A stretch of DNA of 60,200 nt, filler included, from Circinaria calcarea (Eukaryota), in NCBI GenBank assembly GCA_051942165.1. It is 9 parts of 9 records of this genome, joined end to end, with 100 filler letters (N's around TTAATTAATTAA, not from the genome) between each part and the next. Parts side by side here need not be neighbours in the genome. Positions count along the whole stretch, not along the records: positions 46,916 to 53,509 come from JAVECS010001545.1; positions 53,610 to 60,200 come from JAVECS010001546.1; 7 more parts are not named here. One strand, 5' to 3'. The notes below the pieces were generated by a model, which had not been told where the DNA came from, did no database searches, and worked only from the letters and a program-made list of their open reading frames with translations. Positions within the stretch are counted from its first letter, which is position 1. Each line of letters starts with the position of its first letter. Below, one piece after another: positions 49,179-58,882 of the stretch. The translations under genes were made by a program, and so were the position numbers.

Positions 49179-50525
49179 CTACGGAAAGAAGAAGCACAGC
49201 CAACAATTAAGATCCGGTCCAAACATCGGATTGCAGCAGAGGGATCCATTCTTACCCGAAATCCGGTCATTCAAATTCGCTGTGCATTGCTCGCCTTTCG
49301 CAAGTAGGGCGATGATACAGTCTGCGCTTCGTGGATACCGAGCTCTAAGAGTCTTGTGTTGCGGAAGACGAGACACTATGCTCCGCGAAACATGTGTGAT
49401 GTCGTAGTCCTGAGCGGTCGAGGCCAAAGGAGAAATGACAAAACAGCATTCGTACGATTGTCTGACCAAGGCAACGTCGGTAGAGGACTCGAGATCAGCC
49501 GGCAAAGACGACCTCACCGTATTAGGAGGACTGGTTTGATCTAACTTGGCGGATATGGGTGTTCGGCTGCTCCGATTTGCTTCCATTTCTTCACGGGCAA
49601 TAATCATCCAGACGTCGTCCTCCTCATCCGTTTTGACATTCTCAGCTGTGGCCTCTACCTGCTTTAGTGGTGTTCGTAGAGCAAGCTCAGTGATATTGAC
49701 TTGGGCAATGAAGCGATGTGTTGCTAGCTGGGTACTGCACTCGACTAGGTCGCCTTTTATGATTAAATGATAAGTAACTCCAAAGCTCGATTCATTGATA
49801 CAAATCTGCCCAGATTTACCAAGATACTGTTCTTCGAGAAATAATGCCTCATCACCTTGTAATTCTTCTTCAGGAACTAAATCACTGGAGACTACACCGA
49901 CCGGATAGCCAGGGAGTTGCAAGTCAACGATGCAAAAGGACCCAGCTAGATGGTGAGGCTGGTGTTTGGGATCAGAGATAACTTGGACAGTGTCTTCGCC
50001 CGGGGTAGCAGATGCAACTTCTGCCAAAGCCCTCATCCTGAAGGAGGACTTGTCATATTGCTTCCTGCTATTGGGACCGCCTGGAACAGACTCGGGCTCG
50101 AAATACGTCGGTTGCCTCTCTAGCACAGAAATATCTTCCTTGTTATGTTTCGTCGAAAGTTGGCGTGTAGGTGCTTTTAAGCTGTCTTGACCGGCAACCT
50201 TGCGTAGGCTGGGGTGGCCTTTCGAGTCCCGGGCGTTACTTGTTTCGTCTTCTGTTCCCAATAGACTATACTGAATCAAACGGTCCACGGGCCTTGGGGG
50301 AGTAGTTGTGGCTGCTGGAAGCTTTACATCCAAAATATAAGAATGGCGTTGAATGGAAGTAAAGTCAGGAAGCAAAGACAGGCAGGATATATTTGGCAAT
50401 AATGGTGCAGAAGATATGGATCTTCTAATTGCAGCAGATGAAATATCTTCTAGACTATATTGCCTTCTGCATAATAATTTCAAGAAGGTATCCTTGATAC
50501 TTGCACGTCGTCCACGGTTTGGCAT
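49179..50525 (-). CDS. Degenerate LOV/PAS protein related to fungal RGS-LOV-DUF photoreceptors
   Basis: LAGSFCIVDLQLPGYPVGVVS resembles LOV beta-A/B; HLIIKGDL..HRFIAQVNITEL resembles the LOV C-terminal strands; SYECCFVISP..ITHVS and LAKGEQCTA..LCCNPMFG..CWLCFF resemble the C-terminal DUF. No NCRFLQ. Confidence 0.6.
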   Translation of the reverse strand: MPNRGRRASIKDTFLKLLCRRQYSLEDISSAAIRRSISSAPLLPNISCLSLLPDFTSIQRHSYILDVKLPAATTTPPRPVDRLIQYSLLGTEDETSNARDSKGHPSLRKVAGQDSLKAPTRQLSTKHNKEDISVLERQPTYFEPESVPGGPNSRKQYDKSSFRMRALAEVASATPGEDTVQVISDPKHQPHHLAGSFCIVDLQLPGYPVGVVSSDLVPEEELQGDEALFLEEQYLGKSGQICINESSFGVTYHLIIKGDLVECSTQLATHRFIAQVNITELALRTPLKQVEATAENVKTDEEDDVWMIIAREEMEANRSSRTPISAKLDQTSPPNTVRSSLPADLESSTDVALVRQSYECCFVISPLASTAQDYDITHVSRSIVSRLPQHKTLRARYPRSADCIIALLAKGEQCTANLNDRISGKNGSLCCNPMFGPDLNCWLCFFFP

Positions 50526-51049
50526 CCTTACTTGAATAAAGAGACGGGATTATTACATTCAATTTGATGGCATAAGACAGCAAGTAACGATGAAGGTCAT
50601 CGAAGCAGGATAGCAGCAGGAGGTTTGTTTAATAGTATGAGACTAATATAATGCAAAAGGGACAAAGGCAGATGCTGCTGTTTCACATCGGTATCCTTTG
50701 TATGGAGACCTCACCGTTGAGTTTTCAGGGTGGATATTGCGGATTGAACTCATGGTGCTTTGCTCGTGTACTTACTGGACAGCGCAGGATAAAGAGCGTT
50801 CAGGAGAAGCCTCCTAATCAGATATTGCTGTAGTTGATGACTAGCAAGGCGGCATTTAACACCGCATTCCAGGACGTACTCGAACATGTATCCAGAGGAG
50901 ATAGTAAAAACAACACCGGCGGATTACCGTCCGTTTGCATATTGAGCAGAAGTTCCATTGTTGGTATAAGATCTCTTTATCACATGTATACTACTGAGAC
51001 GACATGTGGAAAAGAAGAGGGAACCAGAATAGTGCTAGTCTATAGTAGC

Positions 51050-51058
51050 GCTAAGCCC
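51050..51058. promoter_or_regulatory. Candidate ribosome-biogenesis promoter motif GCTAAGCCC
   Basis: About 130 bp upstream of the NOC2 ATG; shared with the UTP30-like promoter. Confidence 0.4.
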
Positions 51059-51186
51059 TGTGCTCACAGCCAACTCTTGGCAATATCAATTTTCAAAACT
51101 CGTTATCAAGAGAGGATTGACATCCCATTTGTGCCCTGTTATTTACCGCACCCAGTTCTCTATTGCTCTACAGCTTACCGTACGCC

Positions 51187-53509
51187 ATGGTCAGCCGTAC
51201 TAAGAAGTCGACGAAGAAATTCGAGAAAAATCATCTAAAGGATACCATTGACCGGCGCAAGGAATTTGCAAAGATCAAGCAAAGACAGCAGATTAAGGTG
51301 AAGAAGAGGGCTAGACATGCAAGCGATTATGCCAAAGCCTCGGACGATGAGGAAAAGGAGGAAGTCGCGAAAGCCAATGGCCGAGAGGAGAAAAGGAATA
51401 CCTTGAAGGACATGACGGTGGACGAGTTCTTTCAGGGTGGATTCGAGATCCCCGAACCGAAGAAGCAATCGGAAAAGTCACGTAAGGCGAAGGACGTTCA
51501 ATCGATGCCGGGGAAGCGCAAACGAGAGATGTTACATGCGGAGGATATGGAGGAGTCTGAGTCTGAATCCAGTGTCAACATGAAGGAATTTGGAGAAAGC
51601 CTTGCATCGGGATCTGAAGCAGAGGAAGACACAGCTGCACACAAAGAGGACCTAGACGCTTTGGCGGTAAAGGATCCGGAATTCTACAAATATCTGCAGG
51701 AGAATGATGCAGAATTACTGGATTTCGCAGAAGATGGTGATCTGGCTGAAGTTGATGATTTGGGTGAGGCGGAAGAGTTACCCAAGAAGAAACGGAAGAA
51801 GTCCAAGGCTGCCGAAGAAGCCAAGATTGAAACTGAGGATGAGACGGATGTTACGATGGCTACTTTGACCAAATGGAAGGTTGCAATGGTGGAGCAGCAT
51901 TCGTTACGAGCTATGCGACAAGTTGTTCTGGCATTCAGGGCAGCTGCCCACGTCAACGAGGAAGATGGAAAAGAATACAGGTATTCTATCTCCAGCCCCG
52001 AAGTCTACCATCAGCTACTAGTTACTGCACTTCAACACGTACCGAAAGTTTTGGGGCATCATCTTCCTGTCAAAGAATCAGCTTCGGGCAAGGTACGGGT
52101 CTCTACGGAATCAAAAAAGTACCGAACTCTGACACCATTGCTCAAATCTCACGCCGCATCTGTACAACACCTTCTCGAGAATCTTTCGGATGCTCCAACC
52201 TTGAAGTTAACCCTCTCATCCATACTGCCTTTACTTCCCTACCTTTTGTCCTTCAAAAAGGCCTTGAAGAATCTTCTCAAAGCCATCGTCGGTATCTGGT
52301 CAGATCCATCCAGCACTGAAGCCACCCGCATCACGGCTTTCCTTCTGATCCGTCGTCTGGCCATCATCAGTGACTCTTCTCTTCGTGAAGCCGTGCTCAA
52401 AACCGCCTATCAAGGTCTAATCAAAGGCTCTCGCTCAACGACCATTCACACATCTCCCGGTATTAATTTAATGAAAAACTCTGCCGCGGAACTCTGGGGC
52501 ATCGACCCTTCCATCGGCTACACAACTGGCTTTGGCTACATTCGCCAATTGGCCATTCATCTCCGCACCACCATCACCCAACCAACAAAGGATTCTTACA
52601 AAGCAATCTACAATTGGCAATACACGCACTCCCTCGACTTTTGGTCCCGCGTCCTCTCAACCCATTGCTCGACCGCTACCAATCCCCTCTTAAAATCTCC
52701 TACCGATTCTCCCCTCCACCCTCTCATCTACCCCCTCGTACAAATCACCTTGGGCTCTCTCCGACTTATACCAACACCAATATACTTTCCTCTCCGCTTC
52801 CACCTCACCCGTTCCCTTCTCCGCATTTCACGATCCACAACTACCTATATCCCTCTCGCGCCTTCTCTCCTGGAAGTACTCCAAAGTGCCGAGATGAAAA
52901 AGGTCCCAAAACCCAGTACGCTTCGGCCTCTCGACTTTCGAACCATCCTCCATACCCCGAAATCCTATCTCCGAACACGTGTCTACCAAGATGGCGTTGG
53001 CGAACAAGTTTCAGAACTCCTGGCGGAATTCTTCGGTGTCTGGGCCAAAAATATCGCATTCCCAGAACTCATCATCCCGCCCTCCGTCATGCTAAAACGC
53101 TGGCTGAAAACTCAATCTCACCCCTCTGCTCTTTCCGCATCCTCTTCCTTCAAAGGCAAAGGTAAAAAACGCCACCGCACACCCAACACCCGCCTTCACA
53201 CCTCTCTCACGCTCCTCCTTTCCAAACTCAACGCCAATGCAGCGTTTGTGGAATCCCATCGCCGGAAGGTTGACTTTGCGGTTAGTAATCGTGCAGGCGT
53301 GGAGGGGTTTCTAAAGGAGATTCAGGGGGAGGATATGCCGCTTGGGGCGTTTTTGGTCGGGGTGAGGAAGTTGAGGGAGGAGCGGGAGAGGCTGTTGGAG
53401 GAGGGGAGGAGAGAGGAGCGGGAACGGAGATATGATGGGCAAGGGAGTGAAGAGGGGGAGGAGATGGATGAGGATGAGGATGGGAATGAAGACGAATGGG
53501 ATAGTGAAG
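51187..53509 (+). CDS. NOC2: Nucleolar complex protein 2, 3' truncated in the acidic tail
   Basis: KKSTKKFEKNHLK; MTVDEFFQGGFE; KDPEFYKYLQENDAELLDF; INLMKNSAAEL; FGYIRQLAIHLR; YNWQYTHSLDFWSRVL; YFPLRFH; IAFPEL. Confidence 0.97.
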
Positions 53510-53609
53510 NNNNNNNNNNNNNNNNNNNNNNNNNNNNNNNNNNNNNNNNNNNNTTAATTAATTAANNNNNNNNNNNNNNNNNNNNNNNNNNNNNNNNNNN
53601 NNNNNNNNN
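53510..53609. other. Artificial contig spacer
   Basis: N44-TTAATTAATTAA-N44. Confidence 0.99.
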
Positions 53610-55615
53610 GGTGCCTTTGGGTGAGGGGGTGGATTCGGTGGGTGGGGTTTCTGTTTGCTCCTTTGGGCGGGATTCTTCGCGTGGAAGACTTCTTTTGCGG
53701 AAAGGCCCTGGGGGGGTTGGAGGGCCTTTTACAGTTGGGAGCTTTTCGTCCTGTAAAGGGCTCTCCGGACGTCGGCGAGACTCTTCGCGTATTCCACGTG
53801 CTAATGTTATAGGTACTCCCTTGCCTACAATACTTTCTCTATGTGGACGGAATTCCTCACTTGCGTCGCCTTTGATGGCTGCGGGCTCTCTTTTGTCTCT
53901 GGTGTCTTCTGTGCGTGTAGTGTCTGCTTTGGGGTTACGGCCTTCTCTGCCGGGGCGGCTCTCCTCGCGTAGACGGCCTCCTTCCCTCATGGTATCTTCT
54001 TCATCTGGGGTTCTTTCTTTGGCAGAAAGGCCCTCTTTGGGTTTACGATCTTCTGCGGCTGTACGGTCTTCTCTGCGTGGACGACTTTCTTTGGTTGTGA
54101 TGCTTTCCATGCTCGTAGATGCCTCTTTGCTCAGGACTGGTTCTATGCTCGGACCCCCTTCTATTACGCCGATCGCTGCTTTACTTGGAGTTGCTTTTTC
54201 GCTCGCGGTCCCTTTCTTGGGTGAAGCTGCCTTTGCAGGGGCTTCCTTCGTTGGAGTTTCCTTTCTAGGGGCTCCTTTGCTTATGGCCTCTTGTCCGCTC
54301 GTGGGTCCTTCTTGAGGTGTCTTTCCTTTACTTTCAGCACTGTCGGCTCGTTCCTGCAACTTCTTTTTTGCCGCAATAATCAGTGGAGGATCCGGAATGC
54401 CTCGAGCAAAGGGGGATATTCCTGGGGCCGTATTCTTTAACAAGTTTGGGGTGAATGATTCCCTTACAGATGTCTCCTTTGCAGATTTCCCCTCCGTGGA
54501 TGTTTCCTTTGCAGTTGTCGTCTTCACCGGGACTTCCTTTGCGAGGGTTTCCTTGGAAGGGTCTTCTTCAATGAAGACTTCCTTGGAGGGAGCTCTCTTC
54601 ACCGCATCGGCTTGTTCTTTCAGTCTGTTCTTTGCTGCTACAATCAACGGGGGATCTGGAATGCCTCGAGCAAAGGGTGATATTCGTGGGATAAGATTTT
54701 GCTGTTCCTCGGAAGCAGGAGGATCATTCACAGATACCTTCTTTGTGGTGGCATCCTTCGCAGGACCTTCATCCGCCGGGGCTTCTTTTGCATTGCCTGG
54801 AGCTGCGACGCCACGTCTCGTTGGAGCACGCTTAGCCCTTCGAGTGCCGCTGATTCCGAACTTTTCGGTAGCTCCATTTCCTTCCAGGTCGAATCGAACC
54901 TTTGGATTAGTGGGTTTCTCCGAAAGTTCAAGACCGGCGTTCCTAGCTATTGCGATGGCTCGCTCTCTCCTCGCGGTAGCTCGCTCCATCCTCGCTGCGG
55001 CTTCGTCTTCTGCCGCGGTTGTCTCCTCCGCAGCGCCTCGAATTCCTCTCATAGAATCTTTCCGCTGCACGTCGCGCAGAGCTTGAATTACATCGGCACT
55101 TCCTTCGGCATCGATTGCGTCTTGTATCAACTTCGCGCGTGCTCTTTCTGCAACCGATCTTCTGGCAATCTTCTCTCTGTCGTTCATACCCTCCTCGACA
55201 GCTTCCCTGGCGGGTTTGTACACTGGGGCTGTGTGCTGGATAATGGTGCTGGAAACGGCGAATTTATATTTCATGGGATCTTTGGTATCATTTTTCAGGT
55301 CCTCCAGGATCAACTCCTGTTTCTGGAGTTAGGTTTTTCTTCCGGTTGAGACGGAAAGGAAACAAAGCATACAATAACCTGGTCATTCCATCCCTGGCAC
55401 TTATCGTGCAAGTATCCCGGCACGAGTTCAAAAGTCGCCTCGCATGCCTGGTAACGGATTCGAGTTAGAAAGGATCCATCAAAGCGCAATCTACTCTAGT
55501 CTGGGGAACATACATTAGAAACAATCTCGTACAGACGCCCTGAGTCAAGTGGTAGGGTGTCCCGCCGAGGACCCTTACGATTAGAGGGCGGATACCACGT
55601 ACGATAGGGTATCAT
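53610..55615 (-). CDS. Tctex-1-type dynein light chain homologue followed by a very long low-complexity insertion/extension, 3' truncated
   Basis: Exons 55615-55514, 55447-55373 and 55322-53610 are joined in frame by canonical introns. They give PLDSGRLYEIVSN|ACEATFELVPGYLHDKCQGWNDQVI|..LILEDLK..KYKFAVSSTIIQH, which matches the N-terminal half of fungal Tctex-1. Confidence 0.72.
54340..54683 (-). repeat. Internal duplicated coding segment (ISPFARGIPDPPLI.AAK..L.E.AD), 2 copies 88 aa apart
   Basis: Near-identical peptides at about 54604-54683 and 54340-54419. Confidence 0.9.
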
Positions 55616-56254
55616 AGTATCGGATTGGATAAAGGATTTGAGAGTACAAGTACGCCCAAAAGCACGAAACAGTACGGAGAATATCGTATGTATATTCTCA
55701 CAGCTTTCTTTGTTCACCGGATGTGAGTCTTGCTCCTAATTTTCATTCCGGACTTGCGAACAGCTTTGTCTCTTTGTTCGCCGGATCCGGAAATCAACGC
55801 CAAGATCGATTCGGAGCAAGGTACCTTTTTCTAGAAGTCGAGAGTTGAAAGTAGACTGCTCGATGTAACCGCTAGAATCAGATGGCAGCCTCGTGAAGAA
55901 TGTCAGGATAGGGGGTGATAGCAGCATTTTTGAACTTCCCAGAGTGCTCCTCCTGCATACCATGGAAAAGAGTTCATTTGTATACCTACCAGTGAAGCCG
56001 ACCGCAAAATTCTGAATGACAAGTTTGAGCCTTGCTTGGGCTGTATATGGCTGCAGGTCAAAGGAAGTTTCGGTTTCCAAGTCCTCGCATTTCAAGGGGA
56101 TTGTTCAAACGGCCATTACGGTCGCCTCAAGTGGCCTATTGCCCTTATCGCCTTCCACATGCGACCATCCACCTTTCGGTGAACACCTTCAGTTTTATAG
56201 ATCGGAGACAATCGTTCGATTGCGCGGCTCTAGACTCCATGTAATTATCATTGA

Positions 56255-58216
56255 CTATACGTACACGTTTCCGTTCTCGTCTATATAATAACCCTCTTTG
56301 GTGATATATGAGGATTGAAAACGCTCGTTCCCACTTTCCTCATCAGAACTCTCACTCCCATTTTCCTCAACAGAACCATCATTCATGTGTGAAAGAGGAT
56401 ACCCCGTACCATCATCTCCGTCATGACTCGCCTCTGTAAACGAAATCAGACGCCCCGTCTGATCTTCCTCGTAGTCCATGGCGTCCGAATCGCTCTCCTC
56501 GATCAGAATCGGCTGCTCCCTTGATCCAAGGTCATCGCCGGTATCCATTGGCATCGTCTCATCTTCTTCGTAGTCCCTGCCGACGTAAATCGGACTGTCT
56601 TCCACATTATATCGCATGCCGACAAAGAGAGGACTGTCTTCTCCATCACTAATCGGCTCAGTTGATCCTCGTCGAGAGCCCGGTGAGCCCGGAACTACCG
56701 CTTGGATTTCCTCTTCAGGTGGACCCGTTATCCCAAGGCTATTGTTCTCTATGTCGGTCATTGATGCAGTTAAGCCCTGGCCATGGCCCGGAGATGCTGC
56801 GCAACTCTGCAGTTCAGGTGCACCGCTTACCTCGGGACTTTTCCCTTCTTTATCTGTTGACTCTTCACTTGACCCTTGATAGCCACCCGTGCTCTCTATC
56901 ACTTCTTGTATCGGATCTTGACCATCGTCCGGATCGGACACTGAGCTATCTTCTTTTTCGACTTTTTGATAAAGTCGCCCGGTCATGTCCCCTGGCAAGT
57001 CTTCCTCGCTCCAGTTGTACTGGTCCCACATGTCTGTCCAGCTGAGAATATCTTCTCCGGTATAATCCGTATCGTTCCTTAGCTTTTCGGGGAAAAAGGT
57101 GAATCTGGAGTATTCTCGTTGTACTCCTACTGTCTTTGGGATATGTAATAGCTTTGGGTCCTCGGATGAGCTCCATCGATCCCAGGTATTTTGTCGGACC
57201 AGTCGGGAGAGCCACTTCATTGGGACGTAGTAAAGTCTAAGGCTTAGCGGTGCAGCATCTCTGGCAAAATTCATTTGATTCTGTGGATCGTATTCGTCCT
57301 CTTGTGTCCACACATATGTGTAGTGATAGGGTCTAGGGAAACGACTCACGTCAAGTGGCCATTCCAACTTCTTATCCAACTCGGATACAATGCCACCAAA
57401 TACCTCGTCTTCCCAGGCGTAGCCGAGTTCATTAACCCCTTGGTGTTTGTAGAAGGGTTCAACGGTATCCAGCGGTGTAACAGCATAATGTACGGCATGG
57501 ATCAATTCGTGGCATATAGTCGTGGCCAAAACCAACTGTAAGCGAAGCATCTGGTTGCGAACTTGACAACTCTGAGGCTTCCCGTGAACTTTTAAAAGGG
57601 GACGGTAATGAACATCGCTGATTACAATGCTAGAGCTACTGCCCATATTGATTCCGTTGGTTCCATTGAATTGCATATCTGGCTTACCCTTGGCATAAGT
57701 CTGCCCGTAGGATCCTTGGCTTTTCCAGAGCGGATCCCTAATATTCCCCCAATTAAAACGGACGTGAGGGACAAGTTCGGATAACCCTTTCTCGAACTCT
57801 TCCCTTATTCGTGCCGTTGGAGGCTGAGAGTCCCGTAGAACAGATATGTGTTTCTTGTGACGTTGAGAAAGCTCGCTCTGGTAATCCTGACGTCCATACA
57901 TGAGAGCATGGACGAAGGCGACACTTCCAGGGCTTAGCAGTAATGCTGTGGCTAGTCGGAGAATTGGTACCATCGCTTCATCGTCCTCTTTAGTCCAGGG
58001 TCCTCGAACAACCTTGGAAAACGGTTGGCGCCACTTGGGTATGTCTAGAATGGAATGGATTGGACCCTTCAGATTATTGGGGCGTGCCTTGGCGTACTCT
58101 ACAAGCCCTAGATCGTAAAGATCCTCGATAGAGTACCCGCCGGGAAACTTGAACCCTTCAGCTTTATATCGAGCGGCGAGATTACTCTCGGAACTTGATT
58201 CGTTAGTTGACATCAT
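56255..58216 (-). CDS. Uncharacterised intronless protein with a HExxH (zincin-like) motif and acidic disordered C-terminus
   Basis: LATTICHELIHAVH..EPFY...ELGYAWEDEVFGG; PILRLATALL; the last about 230 aa are D/E/S-rich. Confidence 0.8.
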   Translation of the reverse strand: MMSTNESSSESNLAARYKAEGFKFPGGYSIEDLYDLGLVEYAKARPNNLKGPIHSILDIPKWRQPFSKVVRGPWTKEDDEAMVPILRLATALLLSPGSVAFVHALMYGRQDYQSELSQRHKKHISVLRDSQPPTARIREEFEKGLSELVPHVRFNWGNIRDPLWKSQGSYGQTYAKGKPDMQFNGTNGINMGSSSSIVISDVHYRPLLKVHGKPQSCQVRNQMLRLQLVLATTICHELIHAVHYAVTPLDTVEPFYKHQGVNELGYAWEDEVFGGIVSELDKKLEWPLDVSRFPRPYHYTYVWTQEDEYDPQNQMNFARDAAPLSLRLYYVPMKWLSRLVRQNTWDRWSSSEDPKLLHIPKTVGVQREYSRFTFFPEKLRNDTDYTGEDILSWTDMWDQYNWSEEDLPGDMTGRLYQKVEKEDSSVSDPDDGQDPIQEVIESTGGYQGSSEESTDKEGKSPEVSGAPELQSCAASPGHGQGLTASMTDIENNSLGITGPPEEEIQAVVPGSPGSRRGSTEPISDGEDSPLFVGMRYNVEDSPIYVGRDYEEDETMPMDTGDDLGSREQPILIEESDSDAMDYEEDQTGRLISFTEASHDGDDGTGYPLSHMNDGSVEENGSESSDEESGNERFQSSYITKEGYYIDENGNVYV

Positions 58217-58882
58217 ATTTAATGAGTATATGGGGTCCGAGAAGAACTATATTCAAGCATATTGCAGGTCTACATATTTATGCAACAGGGAACAAAGACT
58301 ACCATTATTGAAACGGCATTTTTCTTTATCAATGGCGAGACTGAATGATAGTTTGCACAAAGAATGAAACACATCGGCAAGATGTTTTTGATAGCATAAA
58401 CTCGTACGGTATCTAAAGAGAAGGCGATCATTAGCCCGCGCATCTGGTGGGCAACCTTCCTCATGATAAGTAGCCGTCTGCTCGGACAGCTGCGCCTTTT
58501 GGCATTCCACCATCTCACGACGAGGCTCTCTTATCACATGTTATGAAACATGCTTGCAATTGATCCTTTTGACTATTCAATGCTCTGCGTTACCAGGCGA
58601 GCTCAGTAAGCGTGGAACCTTCTGACAGGCTCTCACCCTTTCTAGATATGAACTTTCTGCCATCCGGATAAGCCCTGTTGTGACCGAACAGCAAAGGTGT
58701 ACCTGAGTAGACTATAGCGGTTGTCAGTTCTCAGCGGTAACAGTAATTCAGACTTTGTGGAGTTTTCATCTATGCGGTAAATCCCACGCCCTAAATATAA
58801 GACATTCAAAGATAACAAACCAGCCGTGAAGGCTAGCTACCCGAAGGCTTTTTCTTGTGTACCACCAGCGCTTTCATTGTTC

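Noticed and set aside
53611..55349. Long plus-strand ORFs (234, 229, 216 aa)
   Set aside because: Antisense shadows of the low-complexity minus-strand coding region.
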